This document shows positions 22,330 through 35,890 of a stretch of DNA of 64,000 bases, piece after piece. This DNA comes from Camelus dromedarius (Eukaryota), in NCBI RefSeq assembly GCF_036321535.1, contig NC_087436.1, positions 82,772,001 through 82,836,000 of the forward strand, given 5' to 3'. The notes beneath the pieces were generated by a model, which had not been told where the DNA came from, ran no database searches, and saw only the letters and a program-made list of their open reading frames with translations. Position 1 is the stretch's first letter, and each line of letters begins with the position of its first letter. The translations under genes were made by a program, and so were the position numbers.

Positions 22330-23345
22330 TGGCAGAACATTCAGCTCAGTTGAAGAACACTTACCGAATGATCACATTTTACAAAATTCCATGGTGATCA
22401 AAAGAAGGAAAGAGATGCTCCTGGCTCTTACCAAGACTGTAATTCAGTCAAGGAGAAAGACATAGAAAAGACACAACACAGACTGTGGTAAGTTCAACAA
22501 TAGAAATATAAATAAAGTGATTATAGTTCTGAGGAAAGCAATGAACTCTAGCTGAAGGGAAGAATAAAGATGGAGTAAAATCCATTTTTCTTGAGGCATT
22601 CCACATTCAGAGGGGCTGCAGACAGTCAAGTTCCAACAGGCAAATGAGGCTTGACAGTTGATGACCTTAAATGACACTCTATGTATTTCAGAGCTTAAGA
22701 AAGATCGTTCCCACCATGGGAGGCGGTGACGCTGGGACCAGGCAGGGGGAGCTGGAGGGCAGAAGGCTGGCAGTAAGGCTACCCAAAGGGCGACTGCTGT
22801 AATCCACAGGAAACAACCTGTCTCCTCACTCAGTCTTTAGGTCCCACTGTGAACCAAGGAGGCACTCACAGTGCATCTGTTTCTAGACACTATGAAGCCC
22901 GCATTTCAAAAGCAACTAACAGGGACAGCAGGAGAGCCAACATGGTTTGAGTGGATGTGCAAACGGGGAGTGGTAGGAGGTCTAGCCCAAATGTCGGAGG
23001 AACAGACAACAGAGCCTTGTAGACTGAGGAGTGAGACGAAGTCCACTTGAAAATTGTGAGCAAAATGTGCACGGCCCGACTTGACTTAATAGGATAACTG
23101 GCTTCTGTGGCCGAGATCAGGATGCAGTCTGATGCAGGGGGGAGCAGAGGAAGGTCTGGAGGCTGCCATGATCATCCAGATGTGGGACGAGAAGTGGTCA
23201 GGTTCTGTGTGTGTGGTGCAACGCGAGCTGGCAGATTTACTGATTTTTTTTTTTTAATATGAGGGTTTAAAAGAAAGAAAAGGAGAACAAATGACTTTAA
23301 AGTTTTGGACCGAGAAACTGGAAGAATGTTGAATGTCATTCTTAA
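22330..23345 (-). mobile_element. Fragmented LINE-2
   Basis: Antisense L2 motifs (aggataactggcttctgtgg, aaatgactttaaagttttggaccgagaaactggaagaatg). Confidence 0.6.
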
Positions 23346-25369
23346 ACACTCAACATTCATTTCTGATTTTCAAATTATTCATAAACAAGGAGAATCAGGA
23401 CATGATATAGTCCCATGATAAAGAATGGATATCTTAAAAACAGCTAATATTATGAACAATGGTGAGAGACCAGTGGCATTCAGATTTAATTAAAAAAACA
23501 AGAGTTTATAATGGAGAAAAACAGAAAACACTAAATATACTTCAATAGTAGATTGAATAAATTGTAGTAGAGGTAAATAATGAAATTTTTAATGTTTAAA
23601 GTACTTAGTAATGTGGTGAAAGGACGTAGTAGTTTAACAGAACAGGGTACCAAACAATATAAAATGATACCAGTTTTCTTAAAATGTATATAAATATATA
23701 CTTAGAAACTAAGGACTGGAAGGGAAAATGGGATGCATCTGGGATTTTTTTTTTCCTTTACATTTCCTATATTCTTTGTAAATTTATGTACTGCATTCTT
23801 CTCTTCTTTTATAATCAGAAAACTATAAACATTATTTTGAAAAAGAAACACATGCAAACTGATTCGAGGCTTACTCCCATGTGCTTCGAGTAAGTGACTG
23901 ATGGACAAGTGAGCGTAAACTGACATAATGCAGCCTCCTCACTTACTCAAAACTATACAATCCCCGTGAGACCAGATGCCGGAGACTCAGAGGAGAGACT
24001 CGTTTCTGTTGGCTGCAGGAAGGCGTGGGGGGTCCGAGGACGGCTTCCCACCCGTATTCTCCGTCTTCATTGATCCCTCCAACCTCACAGCCCCGGTTAT
24101 AAAACATGCTAGCCCAGCTGAGGGCTGAGACACCTTCCCTGGGAGGGGCTGGTTCCTTCCACCAATCTGGGCCTCTGGGACCAGAATTTAGCACTGGACA
24201 GGCCACGGGTCAGAAAGACGACTTTGTGGAGGACCCTGCAGACACATGGATTCTACCTCACAAATTCTACTAATGGAAAATCCGATTAAGAAGGGACAGT
24301 CACCCAAGCCTTTGGGAAACAGAGCAGCAAGCACATCTCACATCAGCCCTTTGTGACCTTTTGCTCCTTTGCACTTTCAGCTTTTGCTCCTTTGCTTCCT
24401 TCTTTGTTTCCTTGTCACACTTTCTGTCCCTTCTTGTAGAGAGACGCATGCTGTGGTCACATCCTGTTAGAATGACTGATCTGTACGTGACGGCTCGCCA
24501 CAACTCTACAGCCACCAGATAACTCTCCACATCGTGGTGAACTGGGGAAGCCCCACCCACACACTGGGAACAAGTTCTCTTTGGCAAGAGCCTGTCTGGA
24601 GGTCCATGTTTCAAGGGTGTCTTGTAAACTCATTTTAAGTCGTGTTTTCATCATGTGTTCACAGAGAAAAGCCATGAGGCACAGGATCTCCATCACCGAC
24701 TGAAAGTGTTCCCACAGTGCAGGGTCTGGACTGGCCAAGGACCTAGAGGGGGCCTAGGAGTCTGACTGGAGGGTTACTGGGAAGATGCCCACACGAGTGA
24801 TTTCAAATGCTGGTTTGCATTAAAACCATTTGAGGAACCTGTTAACAATGAAAAAATCCCTGGGCCCCGTTCATGGCCCTGTATCACAACTATTACTCTG
24901 TCTACCCACTAATGCAGTGTTTCTGAGATCAGCTCCAGACCACTTACATCTGAATCACCTCTTTCCTAAAAATACAGCTTGCTTTCTGCACACAATACAT
25001 CTGGGGTGTCAGCATATAAAAAAATACCTTTCTTTTAAATGGTTGCATAGAATTTCAAAGTTTGAGTTTACTGTCATTTTGTAGCCAAATCCTATTGATG
25101 AACATTTAAGTCATTTTTAGTTCATCCTGATTAAACCCAGTGTTATAATAAACATCTTTGTGTATCTCTGCCTATAGCTGTAGGGTAAACGCTAGCCGAT
25201 CTTACGTTTCAGAGGTACAAAGATGTAGCACCAATTTGCATATTCCTGAAACCAAATTCTTAGAGCAAGTAGGTAAATACTGCACTTTAATTTGGTTCAT
25301 GACACTTCATCCCACACACACCGTGCCCCCAGGGCATTTAATTCCAAACATTCGAAGATTTCTAAAATG

Positions 25370-25495
25370 AAAGCAGAACCTCTAGGGCCCCATCTCTAAA
25401 GATTCTGATTTTGACTTCAGGTGGGTCCTAGGAAGCCAAAGGTTAGAGAAACTTCCAGATAATACCAATGCACAACTAGGTTCCAAAATCACTGC
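25370..25495. mobile_element. MER5-like hAT MITE fragment (another at ~24915-25075)
   Basis: gggccccatctctaaagattctgatt...ggtgggtcctaggaa...aaaatcactg. Confidence 0.6.
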
Positions 25496-25544
25496 CATGG
25501 GCACACATGTTCACGGGCTTCCAAAATTGAAAACCAGAAAACAG

Positions 25545-25558
25545 TCACTAGATGGCAC
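25545..25558 (+). promoter_or_regulatory. Candidate CTCF site TCACTAGATGGCAC
   Basis: 13/14 match to CCASYAGRKGGCRS. Confidence 0.5.
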
Positions 25559-26004
25559 CCTCACTCAGTTTTTTAAAATTTTAGCACTTGGAGAACTAAA
25601 ATTAAGCAGAGCACTTGAGAGAGTCTTTTCTTTTCGTTCATGATTAAATTTGGAGACGATATCTCCCTATAAGAAGTTACTTTTTTTTAATATACAAGCA
25701 GGTGCCTCTCTTTTATAATGCCCATATCCCAGTACTTTCGAACTCCATAATAAAAAACAAGGGCTCTTTTGTTTGAATAACAGTCCCCCTGGAATCTAAA
25801 TCTAGCTTTTGTTTGCACACATTTCTCCTATGAAACCCTGTATTTCCTGTTTCCTAAGATAATAGCTGGAATTTATCTTAACTGAAAGCATCTCTTCTTT
25901 CTTACTAATGTCTGGATCTCCTCAAAGCTGAAGGCCAGCTGTGCCCAGCTTTGAGAGGCTAACGCCCCTGAGACTAGAACTCCGCCGTTCTTTTTTTTAA
26001 CTTG

Positions 26005-26440
26005 GCCGATAGAGGTGTGTGGATTCTTGGAAGGACCCTTGGAGGTCATCTAGCCCAGTGCTCACCTAAAACAGACCACTTTCCTTTATCCCTAATAGCT
26101 GGTCATTTTGCCACTGCTTAAATACCTACATTAACAGAGAAAGCACTGCCTTGCACTTCCGGTTCAAGGCAGAATAATTCATTTTTTTCCACTTGACAGC
26201 TTTGAAATTAAACATTTTTCAGTGACCTTTCATGTGACCTGTCACCATGCTTGTCACCTCCAATTAGTTGGGAACAATGTCCACATATCATCTACACAGC
26301 TCAGCACACAGTGTGACAGTTACCTCCCTTATTCTGGCCACTCACTTATCTTAATATAGTCTACAGTTGTGTAGATTCCTTGGCATCTATAAAATGCCTG
26401 TACCAGTGCTTGGCCCAACGTACAGGCTGAACTAATATCA
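26005..26440 (-). mobile_element. L3/CR1 LINE relic
   Basis: ggaaggacccttggaggtcatctagccca...ctgcttaaatacct...ttacctcccttattctggcca, antisense CR1 3' region. Confidence 0.7.
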
Positions 26441-26889
26441 GTTTCCTCTGCTTCTTATTTAATTTCTAATTACCTAAGAGCTACCCTCCTTCTGTTTTTT
26501 GTTTGCTTGTTGCTTGCTCCGTAAGAACCAATATTAAACTAGCTCCTTTATACCATATTATATATATTTTTTCAAAATCAAAATGCATAATGTCATATTT
26601 TATAATACTATGTTATTGAGGTTTTTTTGAATCTTGATTTTATGATTGTATATATTAACTATCCCTCTCAGTTTTTTGAGATGTAAATATATTGTTACCT
26701 TTTAGGCATTCATCTTAGCTTATTTGTAAGAATTCTGAACAGGGTGGAGGCTAGGATAGTGTCCTATTGCATGACGATATTGGCTCCCCTGTGCTCTTTA
26801 GTATTTCCTGATCTTTAAGACAAAGAATGCTATTAAAATCAGAGAAATGACAAAACTATATGAAAAATGTGATAATGTAGATTTAAAAA

Positions 26890-29010
26890 AAATCTCCTCT
26901 CACCACTCCTTTCCAACATCATACAGGAAGTCCTTACTAACGCAATAAGGTAACAAAAGGGTGGAGGAGAAGGTATACACATTGGGAAGGAAGGCATAAA
27001 ACTGCTTTTGTTCACAGAAGACATGATTGTCTATATAGAAAACCCCAAAGAATTAACAACAAAAAAACTCCTGGTACTAATAACTGATAATTGCAAGGCT
27101 GCAGGATACAAGTTAATATACAAAAATCAATTGCTTTCCTGCATATCAACAATGAATATGTGGAATTTGAAGTTAAAAACACAATACCATTTATTTTAGT
27201 AAATTAAATATTTATATAAATCTAACAAAATACGTACAAGATCTATATGAGAAAAACTACAAAACTTCAATGAACGAAATCAAAGAAGACTTAAATAAAA
27301 GGAGAAATATCCCATGTTCATGGATAGAAAGATTCAATATTGTTAAGATGTCAGTTCTTCCCAACTTGATCTATAGATTCAGTGCAATCTCAATAAAAAT
27401 CACAGCAAGGTATTTTATGAATATTGACAAACTGATCCAAAAGTTTACATGGAGAGGCAAAAGACCTAGAATAGTGAACAAGATATTGAAGAAGGACAAA
27501 GTTGGAGGACTGACCACCATCTGACTTCAATATTTGCTATAAAGCTACCATAGTCAAGACAGTGTGGTATTGGCAAACAGACAAATAGAGCAATGGAACA
27601 GAACAGAGAGACCAGAAATGGACTGGCATCAATATAGTCAACCGATCTTTGACAAAGGAACAAAAACAAAACAATGTAAAAAAGATAGTCTCTTCAACAA
27701 GCAGTGCTGGAAAATGGGACATCCAAATGGAAAAAAAACTGAATCTAGACATAGACTTTACATTTCACAAAAATTAACTCAAAATGGATCATAGACCTAA
27801 AAAAAAAAATGCACAGAAAACTTGCATGGCCTTGGGCATGGCAATGACCTTTAAACTACAACACCAAAGACACAATCCATGAAAGAAATAACTGAGAAGC
27901 TGGACACCATTACAATTAAAAACTTATGGTATGTGAAAGATAATGTCAAGAGATTAGACGACAAGCCACAGACTGGGAGAAAATATTTGCAAAAGATACA
28001 TCTGATAAAGATGTTACCCAAAATATACAAAGAATTCTTAAAATTCAACATAAGAAAATGATCTAATTAAAAAGTTAGTCAAAGACCTTAACAGATGCCC
28101 CGCCAAAGAAGATATTCAAATGGCAAATAAGCATATGAAAAGATGCTCCACACCATATGTCATCAGGAAATGCAAATTAAAACAACAATGACTACACATC
28201 TATTAGAATGGCCAAAATCCAGAACACTGACAACACCAACCAGCCAGGAACTCTTATATATTGCTGATGGGAATGCAATATGGTACAGCCAATTACAAAG
28301 ACAGTTTGGCAGTATCTTACAAAACTAAACATATTCTTATTATATGATTCAACAATCACTCTCCTTGAAATTTACCGAACGGAGGTGAAAACATGTCCAC
28401 ATAAAAATCTGCCCATGGATATTTATAGCAGCTTTATTCATAATTGCCAAAACTTGGAAGCAACCAAGATGTCCTTCAGTAGGTGAATGGGTAAATAAAA
28501 CTTGTACATCCAGACAATGGAATACTACTCAGAACTAAAAGGAACTAAGCCATCAAGCCATAAAAAATGTGAAGGGAACTCAAGTTCATATTACTAAGTG
28601 AAAGAAGCCAATCTGAGAAGGATCCCAACTATATGACATCCTAGAAAAGGCAAAACTATGGAAACAATAAGAAGATCAGCTGGGGAGGGGAGATGAATAG
28701 GCAGAGCAAAGAGGATTTTTGAGATGGTGTAAATATTTTGTATGATGCTATATTAGAGACACATGCCATTATACAATTGTCCAGACCCACAAAATGTACA
28801 ACACCAAGCGTGAGCCCTAAGGTAAAATATGGACTTTGAGTGATGTGTCAATGTAGGCTCATCCCTGGTACAAATGTGCCATCTGGTAATGATGTTGATC
28901 ATGGGGGACACTATGCATGTGTAGGAGAAGGATTATATGGGAAATCTCTGTACCTTCCTCTCAATTTTGTTGTGAACCTAAAACTTGTCTTTTAAAAACT
29001 GTTTTAAAAA
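26890..29010 (+). mobile_element. Old L1 (L1MC-like) ORF2 C-terminal region plus 3'UTR, degenerate
   Basis: ORF-track fragments FTEDMIVYIENPK, IPCSWIERFNIVKMSVLPNLIYRFSAI, QWNRTE are L1 ORF2; frameshifted; 3'UTR ending atgggaaatctctgtaccttcctctcaattttgttgtgaacctaaaac. Confidence 0.92.
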
Positions 29011-29019
29011 TAACAGTAA

Positions 29020-30310
29020 TAGATGACTTTCACTTCAGTGAAGACGGAGTAGAGGGTACCTTCCCCTATTCCTCCTGCTAAGTACAACTAATATATATGG
29101 CCATACGTTACATACATAATGGACATATATGTAAAACAAACCAATGAAAACACTGAGAGGTGGAGAGAATTAGGCAGACTGGCCAGGGACCACGAGACCC
29201 AAGGAATGACAAAGTGTTAAGTTCCCTGGGTTTTCTTTTTGCTGCATATGTCTCTGACTTGGACCTGAAGATATTGGCAACCCAGAAATATCAAATGGAG
29301 TAGGTAAAAAAAAAAGTCCCAACAGAAGCCTGCACTCTCTGGTCAAAAGAACAGGAATGGGGCAGCCTAGCAAGACCGAAAATTTTAGACAATAATGACT
29401 TTACTTCTGCCCCACCTCCCACCCATAGAAGCCAAGTGTTCTATCCTCTAGAGGCTGTAACAAGGCTCCCCACTCCTTACCGCCATCCCAAGATGGTGTC
29501 AGAGAAGGCTTACAAAGGAGCGGAGACTCTCATCTCAGCCAGCCTGTGAGTTGCTGGCCCTGTGGTGTCAGCGGAGACCAAATGGGGACCCTGGGTCCAC
29601 TCGCACCAGGCACCTCCTTGCTGAGGTGATGTCAGAGGAGGTTTCCCAAAGAGTTAAGACGTTCACCACTGCCCAGTGGTGATGATGTCCCCTATCCCTG
29701 GCGCCAATCGAGACCATGTGGGGAGACAGAAATCTCACCCCTGCCTGGAGCAATGCGGAGCCACAGACCCACACACTCAGCGTCAACAGAGCCCACATGA
29801 GAAAACAGCTTTCACCTCCACCCGGCCCTGATAAGGCAAGGCATTCCCTGCCCCTGCTGGACGCAGTCACAGACAGTCAGCCAAAACAGAGACTGAATGA
29901 GGTCGGGAGTTTCATAATGTATTATACAAATATCTGGGAGTCAACTGAAAATCACTCATCATACAAAGAAACAGGAAGATCTTAAACTGAATGAAAAAAA
30001 GACAATAAATGCCAACACTGAGATGACAGAGATGTTAATTTTAAAGCAGCCATTATGAAATGCTCCAATCAGCAGTTTATGAACACATTTCAAACAAATG
30101 AAAAGCAGAAAGTCTTAGGAAACAAATAGAAGAGACAAGGAACCAAATAGAAATTTTAGAACTAAAAAATATAATAACTAAAATTAAAAAAAAAACTCAA
30201 TGGATGAGCTCAGTAGAAGAACAGAGAGGACAAAGGAAAAAAATCAGTGAACACAGAGAGAAGATAGAAAAAAGAAAGAAAGAAAAAGAAAGGAAGGAAG
30301 GAAGGAAGAA

Positions 30311-30385
<75 letters not shown>

Positions 30386-30387
30386 GG

Positions 30388-30420
<33 letters not shown>

Positions 30421-30660
30421 AAGAGAGAGAGAAAGAAAGAGAAGAGCCTCAGGAACCAGTGGGACTATAATAAAAGATCTAATATGAAAGTTCAAGGGGA
30501 GGAAAAAGAGAGGCAAGGCTGGAAAAGCACTTGAAGAAATAATTGTTAAAGATTTCCCAAATTTGGCAAAAGACAAAACCTATGAATTCAAAAAGTTTAG
30601 TAAAGCCCAGATAGGACAGACCCATTGAAACACACAGCAAGTTAGAGACATCATTAAAGG
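29020..30660 (+). mobile_element. Old L1 5'UTR and ORF1 start (L1MC-type 5' end)
   Basis: Collinear with 43900-45400 (ggcagactgg..agggacc, gttccctgg, ggggcag.ctagcaa, ttttagacaataa); ORF1-like A-rich region. Confidence 0.8.
30268..30443. repeat. Compound (GAAA)n/(GGAA)n/(GA)n microsatellite
   Basis: Seen directly; explains the spurious K/E/R-rich and F/L/S-rich ORFs. Confidence 0.95.
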
Positions 30661-30967
30661 ACCTTTTTCTGAATGAACAGAGGGAGAGAATCTGATTCAC
30701 CCAGTAGCCTAATGCTTCTAGACTAAGGTCATCTAACCTCCCAGTGAATGGAGAATTCTGTTTCCTCATCAACTAGGTTAGCTGAATCTGTCATCAGAAT
30801 GTTACATTGTATTTGCCTAACAGTGAATCCTTCCTGCAAAGTGCTTGTTGGAGAGCCAAAAAGGACAGAGTAGGGGCTTTTTGTGCCTTGGCTGTTTTTG
30901 TCTGTTTGCTAATAAATGCTTAAACATATGGCAGAATTCTGTACATAATCTTGCTACCATGGAAGTA

Positions 30968-31316
30968 TATTACAGTGAAAAGAGTGATGTTTCATATATT
31001 GAAACCTAATCCCCAGTGTGATGGTATTAGGAGGTGGGACCTTCTGGAGGTGATTAAGAATGAGCTCAGAGTCCTCGTGAACGGAATTTAGTGCCCTTAT
31101 AATGAGACCCCGGAGAGCTCCCTTGCCCCTCCTACCATATGCAGTTACAGGAAGACGGCTGTCTATGAACCAGACACGGGCGCTCACCAGACCCTGAAAC
31201 CGCAGGTGCCTTGATCTTGGACTTCCAGCCTCCAGAACTGTGAGAAATAAATGTCTGTTGTTTAGGCCACCCCGTCTAAGGTACTTCTGTTATGGCAGCC
31301 CAAACAGACTAAGACA
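30968..31316 (+). mobile_element. MLT1A/MST-type MaLR solo LTR
   Basis: ttgaaacctaatccccagtgtgatggtattaggaggtggg...ccttgatcttggacttccagcctccagaactgtgagaaataaa...gactaagaca. Confidence 0.9.
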
Positions 31317-31476
31317 ATGCTTCTCATAAACTGACTCCTACAGAGTAGTCTCAAGAATGTTTGCAACAAAACATGATACACATTTAATAGATAAACATGA
31401 CCATTTACAGGAGAAAAGTCTCAAAGAATGTGCTATAATTAGTGGAATTTTAAAAATGTAAAGATCTGTAAAGAGA

Positions 31477-31778
31477 CAAAATAACTACATAATTTGCAAA
31501 GCCCAGTACAATTGAAAATGCAAAGCCTCTCATTTAGAAATCAGGGGGAAAGAGCTATTAAAGGTACTAAATTACAAAGCTCCTTCTTTTCTCCTGTACA
31601 TGTCATCTGCTCAAGGGCATGCTCCATTGCCCCCTCAGGCTTCACTTACAAACCACAAGTTCAAAGATAACTATTAAGAGCTCCAAGATGGCAACCACAG
31701 AGCATTAAACTAAGCTGTTCCCCCTGAGCATGGGGTCTGTGTGACAGCACAGGCCGCCCACCCATGGAGCCAGCCTGG
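31477..31778 (-). mobile_element. MER45B-like hAT-Tip100 element
   Basis: ctacataatttgcaaagcccagtacaattgaaaatgc...cttcacttacaaaccacaagttcaaagataa...agagcattaaac...gcacagg. Confidence 0.8.
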
Positions 31779-32666
31779 CAAGAGGTCACTGCTATTCAGA
31801 TACTACCAGGTTCTGCTGATGCATATAAAAGTTACAGACTTTGTCTTTATCTCTTCTTTTTACTATAAAAACTTCTTATATTTTAAATATTTGTTTCCTT
31901 AGAAATAGATAAATAGGTAAAAGAATAAGAAGAAGATTTGGACTATTGGGTGCATACAGTGGGGTGTGGTCATAGACAAAGATTAAGAAGATTTAGGGTG
32001 CCAAGAAGAGGGGTAGCAGTGGGCAATACAAGTGAAACCTTTTCTGTGGGGTGAGCTGCAGGGGAGCGCCTGGAGATAGCGCCATCCTGGCTGGCTTACT
32101 CAGGCCAGCCAGTGGGTCCAGCACATGGTAGCTTATTTTACCTCAAGTTCAAACAAAACATTTCCCCTGTAAGTGGGTTTCAGCAAACATCCTAAAGCCC
32201 ACTTTATACAAAACTTCTTGGAAACACGGTGGGACAGAACTAGCCTCATCCCAACCCACTCTCTGTCCTACCTCATCTCCTACGCTTCCTGTGGCTGCCA
32301 TGTCTAATTCAGTAGACAGTCACCAAAATACTGCCTATTAAACAACCTGAGGTTAATTTATATTCTCATCATGGTCTAGGTTTTTGCCAGAATACACAGG
32401 GGTGATTTAAAGGCATACACTAGCTCCGAAACTAGGTTTCTTTAATTCCCTGAAGCAGTTTCACGTGAGTGCTGTCTTAGCTCTTCAGCGATAATTTTCT
32501 CCCTGGCAGAAAACCACTTAGCTTTGTAACTCCTATGATCTTTATTATGGCACTAAGCATGGGGCTAATTATATACTGAATAGAGCTTAACTAGACATCA
32601 TAATGGAGAAGAATGTGCAAAAATTATATATAAATGTCACCATTTCCCCCCAAAATGAAGCCAATT

Positions 32667-32994
32667 TTATTTTATCTTATTATTTTTTTATTGAAGTATA
32701 GTCGATTTACAATGTTGTATTAGCTTCTGGTGTACAGCACAGTGATTCAGTTATACACCTGTATATTCCTTTTCATATTCTTTTCCATTATAGGCCACCA
32801 CAAGGTATTGAGTACAGTTCCCTGTGCTATACAATAGGATCTTGTTGTTGATCTATTTTATATATAGTAGTTAGTACCTGCAAATCCTGAACTCCCAATT
32901 TATCTCTCCACTCCCCCTTTTTTCCTCCTGGTAACCCTAAGTTTGTTTTCCATGTCCGTGAGTCTGTTTTGTAAATATGTTCATTTGTGTCCTT
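32667..32994 (-). mobile_element. 5'-truncated cetartiodactyl L1 3'UTR
   Basis: ttgaagtatagtcgatttacaatgttg...ccctgtgctatac; TSD tgaagccaatt at 32656-32666 and 32995-33005. Confidence 0.92.
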
Positions 32995-33832
32995 TGAAGC
33001 CAATTCTAAATTTAAATCTTAACCCTGATGCACTTTCCTAACTAGAATAGGATAATTTACAGTGTTACTCCAATCTGGCACATGCCAGCGGTGAGAGCAT
33101 CAGATCGAGGTTACTATATTTCTAGTCCATTACTTTCCAGCCCCATTTATGGTACATCACAGGTTTCCTTAAATCATTTCTAGATATTTGCTCAAGTTCT
33201 TGAAAATGTTTCAAAACAAAGCAAACTTTCATTGATACTGACTACTTGATAGTATTAGGAGACAGTGGGGATACCATAAAGTCCACTTGTAAAAAAATCA
33301 GGTCTTCTTTCCACTTGCACACAATTTTTCTGTCACTACGCCAATCGTATTGTGAGGGAAATAGCAATTCCTGAAATAAAATGTATGTAATACAATGAAA
33401 TTTTAGAATGACCCTGAGGAGGAAACTCTTAGACAAATAAGTTGAACTTTCCACGAAGCTGCTCAGACAGAGGAGAAGGCCAATTAGTGAAGGAAGAAGT
33501 TTTAACAGTAAGGACTCAAATTTCCCCCAAGTGAGCATGAGGTAAAAGGTTTTCCAGTCACAATGAAAATAGAACTTGCTGACAAGGTCATGATCACATC
33601 AGACAATGCACAACTGGGAAAAAGAAATTTACAAAAAAAAAAACATTATTTATTTTTAACTACACAATTTGGACTATTTCCAAACTATGTCTGGGAAGTC
33701 CCTGCCCACCCTCGACCGCTATATTGCTCCTTTTCTCTCATCTCTCTCATTCCTTTACCAACACTCATGTGCCAACCTAAGGGTAGTAGGGAGTCCGCAA
33801 ACTTGAGGCGTCTGGAATAGCCTCAGAAAAAC

Positions 33833-34042
33833 GCACAGAAGCAGAGTAGACCGGAGATGGCCAGGGCCAGGGCAGGGGCAAATGTGGAGTTGTTCTTGGT
33901 GGGTGTAAAGTTTCAGTTACCCAAGACAAGTAGATTCCGGAGGACGTCAGCCTATAGTTAATAAACACCATGTCCTATACTTAAAACAGTTTTGTTAAAA
34001 GGTTAGATCACATGTTCATTGTTCTTACTACACTTTTTGAAA
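33833..34042 (+). mobile_element. L1MA/L1MB-type 3'UTR fragment
   Basis: cacagaagcagagtaga...aaagtttcagtta...gttaaaaggttagatc...ttcttactacac. Confidence 0.75.
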
Positions 34043-35890
34043 GCACACAATTGCATTTAATTATAGCCATATTTTGCTCCTTTAATTAATATAATTGATT
34101 CAGGTGGTTCAATTAATATAATTGAACATGGGTAAGTCTTTATCACATGGACTGGAACATCTATGCTCCTAATTCAATGCAACAGCCTGATGCCTTTCTG
34201 ACCTTTGGGGTCTGGCACTATTTTTGAGAAGTCTAACTTAGTGTTTGTATTATAATCCATTTAACAAATACCCTTCCACTTTAGTGGAGTGCGGTAAACC
34301 TGCCCTGATAACAAAAAGACTTTATTCACGATACAACAAGTGATTTTGTGTATATCCCTGGCAGTGGGAAATAGACCCTATTACGATTCATTTAAAGGAG
34401 GATCCTGTCTTTTTAAGCTAGTGAGTGGAACCAGGTAGATTTCAACTCATCTCCCAAGAACGACACTGATTTTGCAGCAAGATCTCTGAAGAATCATCTC
34501 TCTACACCATTGGAAGACACAGCTCCTTCCTAAGGACAAGAAAACGTTGAGGACGCCTGATTGCTTTGTAGATACTCTGATGCTCAGTCTTTGGACTTCC
34601 CTGGACTGGTGGCATTCATGTAGATAGCTGTTCAAAGTTGCACAAAATACAACTGAATGTCTTTGAGGCAGCTCTAAAGAATTCAGCCATCCAGCTTAAA
34701 TGGCTCCGGGATAATTATATAAACTGCATGACCCAAATAAAGTCCAGGGTTCGTGAGACCCAGTCTCTTCAGATGCTCTGTCAAAGAAACTAAATCAATT
34801 GTCATGGCTTCTAAATAATCCGGCCTTCGCAGTTGTGTTATTGGAGGGCACCAGATAATCTATGATAGTGGCATTTTGTAGCATTTTGGGTAAGATCAAA
34901 AAAGCACAGATGATTCATCCCAAAGAACTGACTTCTTGATGCCACCACTAAAGGTCAAAAGATCAAAACTAAGTAAGTGTAATTCTAACCCTCACGTGCT
35001 TCTTCAGACCAGCATCAGAGGGATTTTACTCCCAATGCACATTAGTATTTTTAAATCTCCTTTCCCCATTTCTCTTGCATTCATTTCTTCCCTCCCCACA
35101 GATCCCCCAGGTCTTTGCCACACTCCCTGAATTGTCTCCCGGAAGTCTACTGACTTATTAGTTCTTTTCCATCCATCTCTTCTCATTTTTTCTGCACCTA
35201 CTACATGTGGCCTTTTAATTCACCTCTCCCCACCCAAAATTTCTTCTCTGGTTTTTGCATTCCCAGTTACCCTGGTCTACATCAGTGTTTTGCAACCTTC
35301 TCTTTATTATTGCCTACCTCAAGAAGAATTTTTAGACACGTTTTTTTCCTAACTCTCTCCCTTGATGAAATTTTTAAAGCATTCTCTAAATAGCCACAAA
35401 AATCACCAAAGAATAAGTCACTCAGGTGACAGCTGCTCTCCTTCACAATACCTCAGATGCCCCTCTTCCCCACCATCTTTCTCCCCACTAACATTACCTG
35501 TTCTTCTAGACTGGAAACCTGGAGGAAGGGAGAGCATTTTCAATATCTTTACATTCCCCATAGACTCTACGGTGGTTCATTGCCTTTTGCTGTCACTCAG
35601 TGAAGCCAAACTGAATTCCCAGTTCCATACATTTCTCATTTTAAGAAGTAGTCCTGCCTTACTTCTGGTCCCAGCCTCTTCATCCATCAACTAAAAACAA
35701 AAACAACAACCCCATAAATCTCTGTTTCTCCTTTCTCCGGGAGCCTGATTCAGATTTCCATGAAAGGCAGCACAGTGTGCCAGAACTTTTCAAATTTTTT
35801 TGCCTCCAACACATCACAAGCATTCCGTTTCACATCATGACTCTGTCCACTTACAAATACACACACACAGAAGTCTCACAAAACAATATT

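Noticed and set aside
27008..28486. Reverse-transcriptase-like ORFs as a functional gene
   Set aside because: Frameshifted, stop-ridden L1 ORF2 relic
30204..30576. K/E/R-rich and F/L/S-rich ORFs
   Set aside because: Translations of the (GAAA)n microsatellite
34590..34792. Open frame reading ...VFEAALKNSAIQLKWLRDNY... as a pseudogene or lost SCPP exon
   Set aside because: No recognisable family and no convincing start or splice boundaries
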